Assembly (NCBI GenBank): GCA_045596285.1
Contig: JAZOCA010000025.1
Location: 30,613 to 94,612 of the forward strand
Source of the DNA: Christensenellaceae bacterium
GTDB lineage: Bacteria > Bacillota > Clostridia > Christensenellales > Borkfalkiaceae
Direction: 5' to 3'
Length of the DNA: 64,000 nucleotides
Below the pieces are notes generated by a model. The model was given only the letters and a program-made list of their open reading frames with translations, was not told where the DNA came from and did no database searches. Made by a program: the position numbers and the translations under genes. Shown piece by piece: positions 1 through 9,513 of this stretch. Position 1 is the stretch's first letter, and every line of letters starts with the position of its first letter.

Positions 1-696
1 TATTTCGCGAATATAACTGTTATCGTAATTTTTATTCCACTTATAATAGAACTTTTCCATCGTTGCAAAAGAACGATTTTTGCGTGCTTTTCTGGCATCT
101 TTATCACTCCATTCGTGATAAATTTCCTGCCCCCAACTGCCCGCTTCATATTCTTCCCCATCAAAGGTTTCCGAAAGAGAAAATCTAAAATGAACAAAAT
201 CAAAAATATTTCCGTTTTCGTTGCAAAATTCACGCCTTGAAGTATTACCGCGCATTCTAATGCCAACTTCTTCGTAATAATACTCTTTACCGTTTACGGT
301 TATCGTTAAATTACACTTTCTATAAGTATCCGCCTTATAGGTATTACCGTTGCGATAATCGTCGTACGCTTCATCTATTTTACTTAGTTCGTAAGGAGCA
401 ATATCAACGTATAAGCCGATTTTTACCTCCGAATCCCAAAGACTATAATAAAGTTCCTTTTCTTCGGCAGAATAATCGCTATAAAAATCTTCGTTTAAAG
501 CGCTATACTCATCACCGAAAAATGCGCTTTCGTCATTTTGAGTTTGGTCATTATCTTTAACGCTGGAATCGACTGCCTCTTCGTCAATTGAACTTGAAGA
601 GTTTTGTGTGATTTGTTCTTCACTGCTATTTTTAGCGCAACCGATACCCCCTGCGATAATTAGCAAAGATAAAATTAAACAAAATAATTTCTTCAT
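1..696 (-). CDS. CotH-like secreted/lipoprotein, N-terminal 232 codons; the C-terminus lies beyond the window start
   Basis: Absent from the ORF track because it is open at the window edge. My hand translation from the reverse-strand ATG at 694-696 gives MKKLFCLILSLLIIAGGIGCAKNS (signal peptide with Cys), then ...VGIRMRGNTSRREF...FRFSL...DNSYIREI. This resembles the CotH core as I remember it. Confidence 0.5.
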   Translation of the reverse strand, partial: MKKLFCLILSLLIIAGGIGCAKNSSEEQITQNSSSSIDEEAVDSSVKDNDQTQNDESAFFGDEYSALNEDFYSDYSAEEKELYYSLWDSEVKIGLYVDIAPYELSKIDEAYDDYRNGNTYKADTYRKCNLTITVNGKEYYYEEVGIRMRGNTSRREFCNENGNIFDFVHFRFSLSETFDGEEYEAGSWGQEIYHEWSDKDARKARKNRSFATMEKFYYKWNKNYDNSYIREI

Positions 697-744
697 ACCC
701 TACCTATTTCTTTCCCTGATTTTTATTTTACTGCGTTATACCGC

Positions 745-772
745 GTTAATCGCGCTATAGGGCAACTTTTTT
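745..772 (-). repeat. Dispersed 27-bp intergenic motif (family A), copy a
   Basis: The reverse complement reads AAAAAAGTTGCCCTATAGCGCGATTAAC. It overlaps the stop codon of the GNAT gene. Confidence 0.8.
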
Positions 773-1223
773 ATTTATGGATATACATTCTTGTCATATT
801 TGGTTCGCCGTCGCCTTGAACCATACACAAAAATTCCCAACCGTATCTTTCGTAAAAGCCAACGTGATCGGTAACCAAATACACGGGTGAAATACCCTTT
901 GCTTTTAAATCGTTAACCGCCATATTAAGTAGCGCGCCGGCAATACCCTTTTTGCGATGTTTTTCTTCGGTGTAAACGGCGCACACGTTGGGAGTAAGAT
1001 CCTTTCTATCATGAAAATCGTTTTCGATAACACCTAATCCGCCAACGATATCGTCGCCATGCATACATATATACCAACCGTATTCCGTTTGATTGCTTAT
1101 GTATGCCTGAATGCAATCTAAATAGGCTTGCACGGGCACACCCCATTTACTGTTAAACCATTTTGCCACGCAAAGCGCAAGTTCGGGTTTTTGTTTTAAA
1201 GTTATAAACGCGTAGTCCATCAC
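771..1223 (-). CDS. GNAT family N-acetyltransferase
   Basis: 150 aa. The acetyl-CoA motif A-like segment is HRKKGIAGALLNMAV, and size and layout are typical of GNAT proteins. Confidence 0.75.
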   Translation of the reverse strand: MMDYAFITLKQKPELALCVAKWFNSKWGVPVQAYLDCIQAYISNQTEYGWYICMHGDDIVGGLGVIENDFHDRKDLTPNVCAVYTEEKHRKKGIAGALLNMAVNDLKAKGISPVYLVTDHVGFYERYGWEFLCMVQGDGEPNMTRMYIHK

Positions 1224-1434
1224 CTTTACTCCTTAACGTCATTATTTTTTAAATGGCTATCTAATAAAAAATACTAAAAAACAAGTGTCTTTTAACAAAT
1301 CAACTGTTATGATATCGCCTAAAATTTTGAACTTTTATAAAACAATACTATAATTGTACTATTCTTTTTAATTTTTGTCAACCCCTATTCTTATTATTCC
1401 TTTTACCTATTGTGCATTTTAAATTACACTTTTT

Positions 1435-1467
1435 TTATAAAAAAAGCACCTGCATAAACAGGTGCTG
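1435..1467 (-). terminator. Rho-independent terminator downstream of rpsI
   Basis: The minus strand reads AGCACCTG-TTTATG-CAGGTGCT followed by TTTTTTT. Confidence 0.75.
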
Positions 1468-1494
1468 ATTTTGTAAATTTGAAAAGATAAGAAA

Positions 1495-1905
1495 TTATCT
1501 CTTTGAGAATTGAGGTGCTCTACGAGCTTTCTTAAGACCGGGTTTCTTTCTTTCTTTCATTCTGGGATCTCTGGTTAAGTAACCTTCTTTCTTAAGAGCA
1601 GAACGAAGTTCAGGTTCAGCAACTATAAGCGCTCTTGAAATACCGTGACGGATAGCGCCTGCTTGACCGGTGAAACCACCGCCGTTTACGTTTACGAATA
1701 CGTCGTAAGCAGCTTCCTTACCCGTTAAAACAAGGGGTTGACGGATAACTAACTTTAAAGTACCTAAATCGCAGTATTCATCTATAGTTCTGCCGTTGAT
1801 GATAATGTTACCTGTTCCGCCGGGGATGAGTCTAACTCTTGCAACAGCTTTTTTTCTTCTGCCGGTTCCCCAATATTGAACCTTTTTCTTTGCAGTTTTA
1901 GCCAT
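1495..1905 (-). CDS. rpsI: 30S ribosomal protein S9
   Basis: 136 aa, with [19 protein letters not shown] and the C-terminal [12 protein letters not shown] signature. Confidence 0.97.
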   Translation of the reverse strand: MAKTAKKKVQYWGTGRRKKAVARVRLIPGGTGNIIINGRTIDEYCDLGTLKLVIRQPLVLTGKEAAYDVFVNVNGGGFTGQAGAIRHGISRALIVAEPELRSALKKEGYLTRDPRMKERKKPGLKKARRAPQFSKR

Positions 1906-1921
1906 TTCTTTTTACCTCCCT

Positions 1922-2356
1922 TTAGCCTTCAATGGTAAGCACTTCGGGTTTTTGAGCAACGTGATCGTGCTGTTCACCCTTAAATACTCTTAACTTCTTA
2001 AGCATTTGTTTACCGAGTTTGTTTTTGGGAAGCATACCCTTAACAGCTTCGAAAACAACAACGTCTGATTTGTTTGCCATCATAGTTTTATAGGGGATTT
2101 GTTTAAGACCACCAACGTAACCGGTGTGATAGGTGTACATCTTGTCTTCTAATTTATTACCCGTTAAAACAACTTTGTCTGTATTGATTACGATAACGTA
2201 GTCTCCCATATCTACGTTGGGAGTGAACGTGGGTTTGTGTTTACCTCTGATAACGCTTGCAACTTGTGAAGCAAGACGACCAAGAGTTACGCCCGCAGCG
2301 TCAACAACATACCACTTTACTTCTGCCTTGCCCGGCTTTTCCATAAAGGTATTCAT
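1922..2356 (-). CDS. rplM: 50S ribosomal protein L13
   Basis: 144 aa. It has the WYVVDA...LGRLAS N-terminal signature and sits immediately upstream of rpsI, as in most bacteria. Confidence 0.97.
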   Translation of the reverse strand: MNTFMEKPGKAEVKWYVVDAAGVTLGRLASQVASVIRGKHKPTFTPNVDMGDYVIVINTDKVVLTGNKLEDKMYTYHTGYVGGLKQIPYKTMMANKSDVVVFEAVKGMLPKNKLGKQMLKKLRVFKGEQHDHVAQKPEVLTIEG

Positions 2357-2550
2357 TCTAAATGTCTCCTGAAAATTTTAAATTTTAATTTTGTGTTTGC
2401 TCGCTTAAATTCAAGGTTATATCCACACGAAAAAAACCTTTTTATTTTAACGAATGGCGTTTTAGCGCCCATATATTAAAAAGAAAAATCTTCCGAAAAA
2501 GAGGGGCTAGTTCCCTTTCATCAATTTCTCCAGATAATCATAGCCTATAT

Positions 2551-2579
2551 ATTTTATCGAACTTTCAAAGTATAGTCAA
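2551..2579 (-). promoter_or_regulatory. Candidate sigma-A promoter for rplM-rpsI
   Basis: The minus strand reads TTGACT-17 nt-TAAAAT, about 195 nt upstream of the rplM ATG. Confidence 0.4.
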
Positions 2580-2606
2580 GCGTTTTTAGGCGGTTTTTTG
2601 CACTTT

Positions 2607-3365
2607 TTAATAAATTTTAGGGAATTTTACCCCTTTATAATAAACTTTTTTGAGCATAAGCCCTTTTGCGGGCATAGTTTTACCCGCATCTAAGCGCGAT
2701 TTGCCTTCTATAATATCTTTCACCTTTTCGGGTGCAAATCTACCTTCGCCAACGTAAAGCAAAGTTCCGGCGATAGTTCTTACCATATTATATAGAAAGC
2801 CGTTACCGCAAACTTCTAAAGTAATTAAGTTGTTTTTCTTTTTAACTTTGCAGTAATACACAGTTCTAACCGTATCTTTTACCGAACTGTTAGAAGCCAA
2901 AAAACATTTAAAATCGTGCGTGCCTTCGATATATTTTGCGCCCGCTTGCATTTTATCTACGTCCACTTTACCTACTATTCTTTGCGCGTAATCATCCGTT
3001 AAAGGTAAATTTACTTCGCTTTGGTAAAAGGTGTATACGTAAGTTTTTTTCTTCGCCGAAAAGCGCGAATGAAAATCATCTTTTGCCTGCATACTGAATA
3101 AAACTTGCACGTCGCTTGGTAAAAGACCGTTTAAAGCGCAAGCAAACTTTTGGGGTGGAATGGTGCTTTGGGTATCAAAATGCGCAACTTGGCAAAGGGC
3201 GTGCACTCCGCTATCCGTTCTACCGCTTCCCTGCACAGAAATATTTTCACCCGTGAGTTTTTTAAGCGCATCTTCTAAAGTTTGTTGCACGGTTCTTCCG
3301 TTGGGCTGGATTTGCCAACCGCAAAAATCTTTACCGTTATATTGTATTCCTAAAATCACTCTCAT
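2607..3365 (-). CDS. truA: tRNA pseudouridine(38-40) synthase TruA
   Basis: 252 aa with the GSGRTDSGVHA catalytic Asp motif. A 4-nt ATGA overlap with ecfT suggests translational coupling. Confidence 0.93.
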   Translation of the reverse strand: MRVILGIQYNGKDFCGWQIQPNGRTVQQTLEDALKKLTGENISVQGSGRTDSGVHALCQVAHFDTQSTIPPQKFACALNGLLPSDVQVLFSMQAKDDFHSRFSAKKKTYVYTFYQSEVNLPLTDDYAQRIVGKVDVDKMQAGAKYIEGTHDFKCFLASNSSVKDTVRTVYYCKVKKKNNLITLEVCGNGFLYNMVRTIAGTLLYVGEGRFAPEKVKDIIEGKSRLDAGKTMPAKGLMLKKVYYKGVKFPKIY

Positions 3366-4189
3366 AATATTTTGGAAAACACTCCGTTAAGATATATAAC
3401 CGCGCCTATAAGAACGCCAAAAATCAAGGTCGCAATTAAATCGCGGTAAGATAGTTTCATTTTTTTGTAACGCGTTCTGCCTTTAGACCCGCTGTAACAT
3501 CTTGCATCCATAGCGTCGCCTAATTCTTCCGCACGCCTAAACGAACTAACGAGTAAGGGTATTAAAATAGGAATCATCGCTTTTGCGCGTTTTAATAAAT
3601 TACCGCTTTCAAAATCTGCGCCACGCGCTTTTTGCGCGCACATAATTCTATCTGTTTCTTCTGCTAAGGTAGGAATAAAGCGAAGCGCAATACTCATAAT
3701 CAGCGCGAGTTCATGCACGGGGAATTTTATAAGTTTAAGGGGGAAAAGCAAACTTTCAAGCCCGTCCGTTAGTTCTACAGGGGTTGTGGTTAAGGTTAAA
3801 ATCGAACTGCCCATAACTAAAATTGAAAGGCGCAACGCCATAAAAAGGGCAAAATTAACTGATGCGTCCGTAAGGGTTATAAAGTCGCCTACTTTCCAGT
3901 AAACAACGTTGTATTCACCGCCGTAGAAAAATAAATTTAACACTACCGTAAAGAGTATTAAAAACAAAATACCCTTTATGCTTTTTAATACTTTTAAAAT
4001 CGGCACGCGCGAAAAGGCTACTGCAAGCACCAAAAAAATTCCGCAAGCCAAAAAGCCCCAGAAATTTTTAACGGTGAACACCGCCACGAAGTATGCAATT
4101 AAAAGCAGTATTTTAATTCGTGAATCCATTTTATGCACAAAAGATTCCGTTTGGTAATACTGCCCGAACGATATGTTGTTTTTTAGCAT
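3362..4189 (-). CDS. ecfT: Energy-coupling factor transporter, transmembrane T component
   Basis: 275 aa, multi-TM, with the RxAxxARG-like coupling helices (QKARGADFESG). It sits in the conserved position after the two ecfA genes. Confidence 0.88.
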   Translation of the reverse strand: MLKNNISFGQYYQTESFVHKMDSRIKILLLIAYFVAVFTVKNFWGFLACGIFLVLAVAFSRVPILKVLKSIKGILFLILFTVVLNLFFYGGEYNVVYWKVGDFITLTDASVNFALFMALRLSILVMGSSILTLTTTPVELTDGLESLLFPLKLIKFPVHELALIMSIALRFIPTLAEETDRIMCAQKARGADFESGNLLKRAKAMIPILIPLLVSSFRRAEELGDAMDARCYSGSKGRTRYKKMKLSYRDLIATLIFGVLIGAVIYLNGVFSKIL

Positions 4190-4208
4190 GCCTTTTGTTT
4201 AAGTTATA

Positions 4209-4236
4209 GGCGATAATCGCCTTATAGCCCTACTTT
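4209..4236 (-). repeat. Family A motif, copy m (partly palindromic)
   Basis: The reverse complement reads AAAGTAGGGCTATAAGGCGATTATCG. It lies between ecfA2 and ecfT. Confidence 0.65.
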
Positions 4237-4253
4237 ATCCTTTTATTTTTAAG

Positions 4254-5123
4254 TTATTGTTTAATTTTTTTATACTCTTGCGCCACGGAATTAACGAAAT
4301 CATCCATATCGAAAGATTTTAAATCTACGTCAACCCCATTTTTTAAAAGCGCCATTTTTAATTTAGAAAGAAGCGGCTTAGAAAGATTTTCTTGTAATTC
4401 GGTATCGCAAAACACTTCTTCCGGCGTGCCTGTTTTTATTATAGTTCCACCGCTCATAACGGCAATACGCGAACAGTTTTCACACACTTCATCCATATCG
4501 TGCGAAACGATAATAACCGTTCTTTTACCGTCCATTAATGAATGAAGCAGTTGCATAAGTTCCCTTTTACCTTGAGGATCTAAGCCCGCAACGGGTTCAT
4601 CTAAAACCAAAATTTCGGGGTTAGTAACCAAAACTCCAGCGATTGCAACCCTGCGCTTTTGCCCGCCGGATAAATCGAAAGGCGATTTATCTTTGATTTC
4701 GAAATAGTTTAGCCCAACGAGTTCTATTGCAGTTTTAACTTTAACGGCTGTTTCTTCCGCGCTAAGTTCAGGAAAAAAATTTCTAACGCCAAAAGCCACG
4801 TCTTCAAACACCGTTTCTGCAAAAAGTTGGTATTCGGGGTACTGAAAAACCATTCCTACCTTACTTCTTAAACTCTTTAGGTTCTTTTTATAATCTTTAT
4901 TCTTTGTAGAAAGATCGTATTCGCCTATTAAAAGTTCCCCTTCCTGTAAGGGAATTAGCGCGTTAAGATGTTGAATAAAAGTGCTTTTTCCGCTACCCGT
5001 ATGCCCTATTATGCCAAAAAACTCCCCTTCTTCTACTGTAAGGTTAATATTTTGGTTTGCATATACGGTATTTTTCTTGCTTGGAGAATACGAAAAACTT
5101 AAGCCTTTGCAAAGGATTCGCAT
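4254..5123 (-). CDS. ecfA2: ECF transporter ATPase component 2
   Basis: 289 aa with Walker A GHTGSGKST, the LSGGQKRRVAIA signature and Walker B LVLDEP. Confidence 0.9.
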   Translation of the reverse strand: MRILCKGLSFSYSPSKKNTVYANQNINLTVEEGEFFGIIGHTGSGKSTFIQHLNALIPLQEGELLIGEYDLSTKNKDYKKNLKSLRSKVGMVFQYPEYQLFAETVFEDVAFGVRNFFPELSAEETAVKVKTAIELVGLNYFEIKDKSPFDLSGGQKRRVAIAGVLVTNPEILVLDEPVAGLDPQGKRELMQLLHSLMDGKRTVIIVSHDMDEVCENCSRIAVMSGGTIIKTGTPEEVFCDTELQENLSKPLLSKLKMALLKNGVDVDLKSFDMDDFVNSVAQEYKKIKQ

Positions 5124-5935
5124 AATAGCACCTCCAACTCTTTATCGGTAAAACATCTTGCGTTGCAAGGTATAACCCCACGCTCTTTCAAGCGATTTGC
5201 TATATAGGTTGCGCGTGGCAAGCATAGCCCGCAATCTTGAAGATCTTTTTCGCGAGAAAAAACTTCTTCAGCACTACCTTCAAAAGCAATTTTTCCGCCC
5301 TTCATAACGATAACGCGATCTGCTTCAAAAGCTTCTTCCATATAGTGCGTAACAGTTATTACCGTTATGCCTTTTTCTTTATTAAGTGCCCGTATAACTT
5401 CGTTAACTTCACTTCTGCCCCTTGGATCGAGCATTGAAGTGGCTTCATCTAATATCAAAATTTTAGGGCTAATTGCAAGCACTCCGGCAATAGCAACCCT
5501 TTGTTTTTGCCCGCCAGAAAGTTGTGTTGCAGGTCTGTTTCTAAACTGCTCTGTTTGAGTAGCTTTTAAAGCAAACTCTATTCTATTTTTTATTTCTTCC
5601 CTACTAAGCCCTATGTTTTCTGGGCCAAAAGCCACGTCGTCTTCAACTATAGTTGCAACCATCTGGTTATCTGGATTTTGAAACACCATTCCCACTTGCT
5701 TGCGTATTTCAAACAAAGCCTTTTTATTTAAAGTGCTTTTTCCAAAAACTTCAACGCTTCCGCTTTTAGGCGTAAGAAGCCCGTTTATAAGTTTTGCAAC
5801 CGTGCTTTTACCGCTACCGTTTCTACCAACGATTGCAATATATTCCCCTTCGTTTACTTGCAAAGAAAGATCGTTTACCGCGTAAAGCCCCTCTTCGTAA
5901 GCAAACGTTAGATTTTCTATTTTTATCGCTTGCAT
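5099..5935 (-). CDS. ecfA1: ECF transporter ATPase component 1
   Basis: Walker A GRNGSGKST, signature LSGGQKQRVAIA, Walker B LILDEA. I moved the start to MQAIKIENL at 5935, which has AAGGAG 8 nt upstream. The track start at 5968 has no Shine-Dalgarno (SD) sequence. Confidence 0.9.
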   Translation of the reverse strand: MQAIKIENLTFAYEEGLYAVNDLSLQVNEGEYIAIVGRNGSGKSTVAKLINGLLTPKSGSVEVFGKSTLNKKALFEIRKQVGMVFQNPDNQMVATIVEDDVAFGPENIGLSREEIKNRIEFALKATQTEQFRNRPATQLSGGQKQRVAIAGVLAISPKILILDEATSMLDPRGRSEVNEVIRALNKEKGITVITVTHYMEEAFEADRVIVMKGGKIAFEGSAEEVFSREKDLQDCGLCLPRATYIANRLKERGVIPCNARCFTDKELEVLLCESFAKA

Positions 5936-6140
5936 TATAAACTGCTCCTTAACCGTTTTTATAAGCAAAAAAATTTTTACCTTCGACTTTTATCATGCTT
6001 TCAATTTAATATTATACCATTTTTTTGCAATCTTTAGCAACTGTTTTTAATCACTAAAAGAAAAACCCTTTGATTGCTTGCTTTAATCGCAACAGTCGTT
6101 TCCACCATAAATAAACCATAGACCTGCAATATTTACCACC

Positions 6141-6422
6141 CTATAATAACAAAAGCGCAACCGCAGACCACAATCTACGCTTACGCTTTACGTTAATTTC
6201 ATCTATTTTGTTTTTTAATTCAAGATATTCTATTTGTTCTGGTAAAACGCCTTCTAATATATCTGTTTGTGTTAATTGCTCGGCTTCCTCTAAAACCATA
6301 TCAAAAGAAAAAGATTCTTCTGCTATAACCTTATCTTGAGTAGAATTTTTATAATTACTTAAAATAAAAAAACAAAGTACTATTAAATTTATAATCAAAC
6401 ATCTATTTATCCATTTTGTCAT
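6141..6422 (-). CDS. Hypothetical small membrane-anchored protein
   Basis: 93 aa, with an N-terminal hydrophobic segment (CLIINLIVLCFFIL), an acidic middle and a hydrophobic C-terminal tail. I recognise no motif. Confidence 0.5.
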   Translation of the reverse strand: MTKWINRCLIINLIVLCFFILSNYKNSTQDKVIAEESFSFDMVLEEAEQLTQTDILEGVLPEQIEYLELKNKIDEINVKRKRRLWSAVALLLL

Positions 6423-6456
6423 AAAATAAACCTCCTTAATTATTACTGTTTTTTCT

Positions 6457-7125
6457 TCATTGAATCAAGATATTTATTTCCACTTCAATTTCGGCTGATT
6501 TATAGTTAATATAATCTTCCTTTTTTAGGTAGTCACTACTATCAACGATTATCGTTACATCGTAAGACCCAGACATCACAAGCCCCCCCAAAAACTCATT
6601 AATGCTAGAAAAACCAAGAACGCTGTATTTAGAGAAATATATCTTCTCGCCTTCATATTCACAATATAAAGGTAAAACAAAGTGGGGGTTTCCATCATAT
6701 ATGTAAACGTAACTATCGTTATCTTTATATTCAATTGCCCCATTTGGGGCTAATACCAAGGTGGGGGTTTTTCTTTCGTCAATAAATTCTACTGCGATTT
6801 TTTTTCTTGCCAGTTCTATATCCGCTTCATAAGGAATATATGCAGGATAGCGAAAAACGTTTTCCCTTTGAACTTCTTCATTTTTTATTTCGTTAACAAT
6901 TACCTTATAAAACCCCTTTGGCCGGCAAGGAATTTGAACGGAATTTTCTTTATCTTGGGCTATTTCGATCGTTTTATCAAAAATAACGCTTTCATCTTCT
7001 TCCCAAATAACAGTAATTTCAGCAACCCATTCATCTGCTCCTTTTATTAATGTACATCCGCTTAACGCAAATATCCCCATAACAACAATCAACAATAAGC
7101 ATAATTTGTTTCTTATTTCTTTCAT
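6457..7125 (-). CDS. Hypothetical lipoprotein, tandem paralog B
   Basis: 222 aa with lipobox FALSGC. It is a paralog of 7176..7841. Confidence 0.7.
   Translation of the reverse strand: MKEIRNKLCLLLIVVMGIFALSGCTLIKGADEWVAEITVIWEEDESVIFDKTIEIAQDKENSVQIPCRPKGFYKVIVNEIKNEEVQRENVFRYPAYIPYEADIELARKKIAVEFIDERKTPTLVLAPNGAIEYKDNDSYVYIYDGNPHFVLPLYCEYEGEKIYFSKYSVLGFSSINEFLGGLVMSGSYDVTIIVDSSDYLKKEDYINYKSAEIEVEINILIQ
6845..7019. repeat. 175-bp near-identical segment shared by the two tandem lipoprotein genes (copy 1)
   Basis: Aligned by eye to 7561..7735 at an offset of 716 bp, with 4 mismatches in 175 bp. The flanking gene parts are much more diverged. Confidence 0.85.
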
Positions 7126-7175
7126 TTTTTCGCCTTTTTTGCACCTTTTTAGATTTATTTATAATATAAGATTTT

Positions 7176-7841
7176 TTACTTTACAATCTCAATATATATT
7201 TCTAACTCAATTGACTTATATTTGATATAATTTTGTTTTTCTACGTAATACTCACTATCGATTCTTATTATTACAGCATAAAAACCAACCGCAACAACCC
7301 CTCCAAAATATTCACTGATATCTGAAAGCCCATCTATTTCATATTTAGAAAAAAATATCTTCTCCCCTTCATATTCACAATATAAAGGCTTAACAAAATG
7401 GAGTTCTTCGTCATATTTGTATACGTAAGTAACGTTATCTTTATATTCAATCGCCCCATTTGGGTCTAATACCAAGGTGGGGGTTTTTCTTTCATCAACA
7501 AATTTTATGGTAACTTCTTGATCTATAACTTTAGCGCTTGTTTCAAAACTAACGTGCGCGGGATAACGAAAAACGTTTTCCCTTTGAACTTCTTCATTTT
7601 TTATTTCGTTAACAATTACCTTATAAAACCCCTTTGGCCGGCAAGGAATTTGAACGAAATTTTCTTCATCTTGGGCTATTTCGATCGTTTTATCAAAAAC
7701 AACGCTTTCATCTTCTTCCCAAATAACAGTAATTTGCGCGCTGTATTTATTAAATATTTCTAAAAACTCACAACCACTTAATAAAGAAACGTTTAAAACG
7801 CCTATTAATAATAAGCATAGTACTCGTTTGCAAATTTTCAT
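7176..7841 (-). CDS. Hypothetical lipoprotein, tandem paralog A
   Basis: 221 aa with lipobox LLSGC. It shares ITVIWEEDESV.FDKTIEIAQD...CRPKGFYKVIVNEIKNEEVQRENVFRYPA with 6457..7125. Confidence 0.7.
   Translation of the reverse strand: MKICKRVLCLLLIGVLNVSLLSGCEFLEIFNKYSAQITVIWEEDESVVFDKTIEIAQDEENFVQIPCRPKGFYKVIVNEIKNEEVQRENVFRYPAHVSFETSAKVIDQEVTIKFVDERKTPTLVLDPNGAIEYKDNVTYVYKYDEELHFVKPLYCEYEGEKIFFSKYEIDGLSDISEYFGGVVAVGFYAVIIRIDSEYYVEKQNYIKYKSIELEIYIEIVK
7561..7735. repeat. 175-bp near-identical segment (copy 2)
   Basis: See 6845..7019. Confidence 0.85.
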
Positions 7842-7944
7842 GTTTTTATTCTCCCATATCGTTTTATACTTAAGTACTTTTATATTTATTATTATATCAT
7901 CTTTTTAATTATTGTCAACACATAACTAGGGATATGCGTAAATA

Positions 7945-7980
7945 GTAAAAAATAAAAGCCCTTAGCAAAAAACCAAGGGC
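7945..7980 (-). terminator. Rho-independent terminator downstream of spoIVA
   Basis: The minus strand reads GCCCTTGG-loop-AAGGGC followed by TTTTATTTTTT. Confidence 0.6.
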
Positions 7981-8002
7981 AATAAAATTATACGTTTTTA
8001 GC

Positions 8003-8030
8003 AAAAAAGTGGGGGTATAGCGCGATTAAA
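8003..8030 (+). repeat. Family A motif, copy b
   Basis: AAAAAAGTGGGGGTATAGCGCGATTAAA, ending 8 nt from the spoIVA stop codon. Confidence 0.75.
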
Positions 8031-8037
8031 AGCATCA

Positions 8038-9513
8038 TTATATAGTTACGCAAATAAGCGCGCTCTTCTTTTCGTTAACAATTTTTGCAACCGTCTTTTT
8101 AAGTTTATCTCTAAAGGGGGCTTTCATTCCACCTGCTTTATCAAAAATTTCTTCACTTACAAAACTGTATATGGGGCGACCAAATAAATCCACCTTCATA
8201 ATTCCCTGCGGATTTTCTTGATACTTTTGTTTTAAACTTTCAACGTAATCACTGCATTGTTTTTCTTTACCCACAACAGAATTTACTTCCGCTCCGATTT
8301 CTACCCTTACAATATGTAATGATGGCGCTGTTGCTTTTATTTTTACCCCGTATGAATTACCGGTTTTTACCATTTCGGGCTCGGCAAGAACTATTTCTTC
8401 TTCTGCAGGGGCAACTATGCCGTAACCCGTTTGCGAGGCTTCTTCTAACGCGCCTTTTATCTTTTCGTAAGAATTTTTTGCAATAGCAGAACTCTTAACG
8501 AATTTCATAAGCGCAAGCCTTTCATCAATAACTTCCCCAGATGCCAGCGATAAAGCAGAATAAAAAGCCTCGTCTGTTGGTAAGAAATTAATTCGCATAA
8601 CCCCTTCGCCTAAATCTAATTCACTACTTGCGCCAAGCGCAAAGTCAAGTTTTTCTAAGTTAGCGCAAATCAATTCATAATCGCTCATTCTTTTAATTTT
8701 TGGCAAAATCTCGCGAATGTTTTGCAAAAGTGGGGCTATAAGGCGATTATCTGCATCTTCAATTCTCATCCAATCGGGAATATCAACGTATAAAGAACGC
8801 ACGGGGAAGTCCATAAGCAATCCTTCCATAATCTCTTCAACGTCACTCTCGTCTATGGTGGTAAGATTTTTTATTAGCACGCACACACCGTATTTTATGC
8901 GCAGTTTTTCGCAAAGTTCAAGCGCGTTTTTATCGTTCACATCTAACACGTTAAGTATTATTATAAATGGTTTGCCCTGCTCTTTTAACTCCTTAACGGT
9001 GCGCTCTTCGGCTACTTGATAAGCATCTCTATCTATACCGCTAAAAGATCCGTCCGTCGTTACAACCACGCCCACGGTAGAATGTTCTTTAATAACCTTG
9101 CGCGTGCCTATTTCGCCCGCCTTTTCAAAGGGGATAAGATCTTCACTCCAAGGAGTTTTAACCATTCTTGGTTTTCCTTCTTCTTCTGCGCCAAGCGCTC
9201 CATCTACCATATATCCAACACAATCGATAAGTCGCACTCGCGCTTTAATCTTTCCACCAAGCTTAATCGGGGTAGAATCCGAAGGCAAAAATTTGGGTTC
9301 TACGGTGGTTACCGTTTTACCGCTTGCAGACTGCGGAATGCTATCTTCCGCTTCTTGCTTTTTGCTTTTTGAAGTTATGTTAGGAATAACCGCCCTTTGC
9401 ATAAAGTTGGCGATAAATGTAGATTTACCGGTGCGCACAGGGCCAACCACCCCGATATACAAATCGCCGTTTGTTCTTTTTTCAATGTCTTTATAAATAT
9501 CGTATTTCTGCAT
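8038..9513 (-). CDS. spoIVA: Stage IV sporulation protein A (spore coat morphogenetic ATPase)
   Basis: MQKYDIYKDIEKRTNGDLYIGVVGPVRTGKSTFI matches the characteristic SpoIVA N-terminus and Walker A, and the length is about 490 aa. I set the start at 9513 (GGGAGGACGT upstream) rather than the track start at 9525. Confidence 0.93.
   Translation of the reverse strand: MQKYDIYKDIEKRTNGDLYIGVVGPVRTGKSTFIANFMQRAVIPNITSKSKKQEAEDSIPQSASGKTVTTVEPKFLPSDSTPIKLGGKIKARVRLIDCVGYMVDGALGAEEEGKPRMVKTPWSEDLIPFEKAGEIGTRKVIKEHSTVGVVVTTDGSFSGIDRDAYQVAEERTVKELKEQGKPFIIILNVLDVNDKNALELCEKLRIKYGVCVLIKNLTTIDESDVEEIMEGLLMDFPVRSLYVDIPDWMRIEDADNRLIAPLLQNIREILPKIKRMSDYELICANLEKLDFALGASSELDLGEGVMRINFLPTDEAFYSALSLASGEVIDERLALMKFVKSSAIAKNSYEKIKGALEEASQTGYGIVAPAEEEIVLAEPEMVKTGNSYGVKIKATAPSLHIVRVEIGAEVNSVVGKEKQCSDYVESLKQKYQENPQGIMKVDLFGRPIYSFVSEEIFDKAGGMKAPFRDKLKKTVAKIVNEKKSALICVTI

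Noticed and set aside
2357-2606. A ribosomal-protein L13 leader RNA upstream of rplM
   Set aside because: The 250-nt leader contains a small hairpin (2451-2473). I cannot reproduce the Rfam L13-leader consensus from memory, so there is no sequence-level support. Only a candidate promoter is reported.
8717-9496. Plus-strand ORFs antisense to spoIVA (8717..9019, 9016..9372, 9098..9496), and similar shadow ORFs elsewhere (for example 3160..3390, 5237..5885, 6868..7050, 7518..7763, 13077..13325, 16436..16930, 17649..17999, 18659..19726, 20571..20837, 21532..21861, 23847..24918, 30255..30527, 31975..32300, 33026..33271, 34964..35203, 37031..37222, 42966..43172, 43761..44780, 46342..46686, 47062..47896, 49594..50206, 50537..51200, 59447..59935, 61798..62456, 62533..62718, 63574..63831)
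   Set aside because: All are embedded in, or antisense to, well-supported genes with clear family signatures. They have Ser/Leu/Phe-rich low-complexity translations and no SD sequences.
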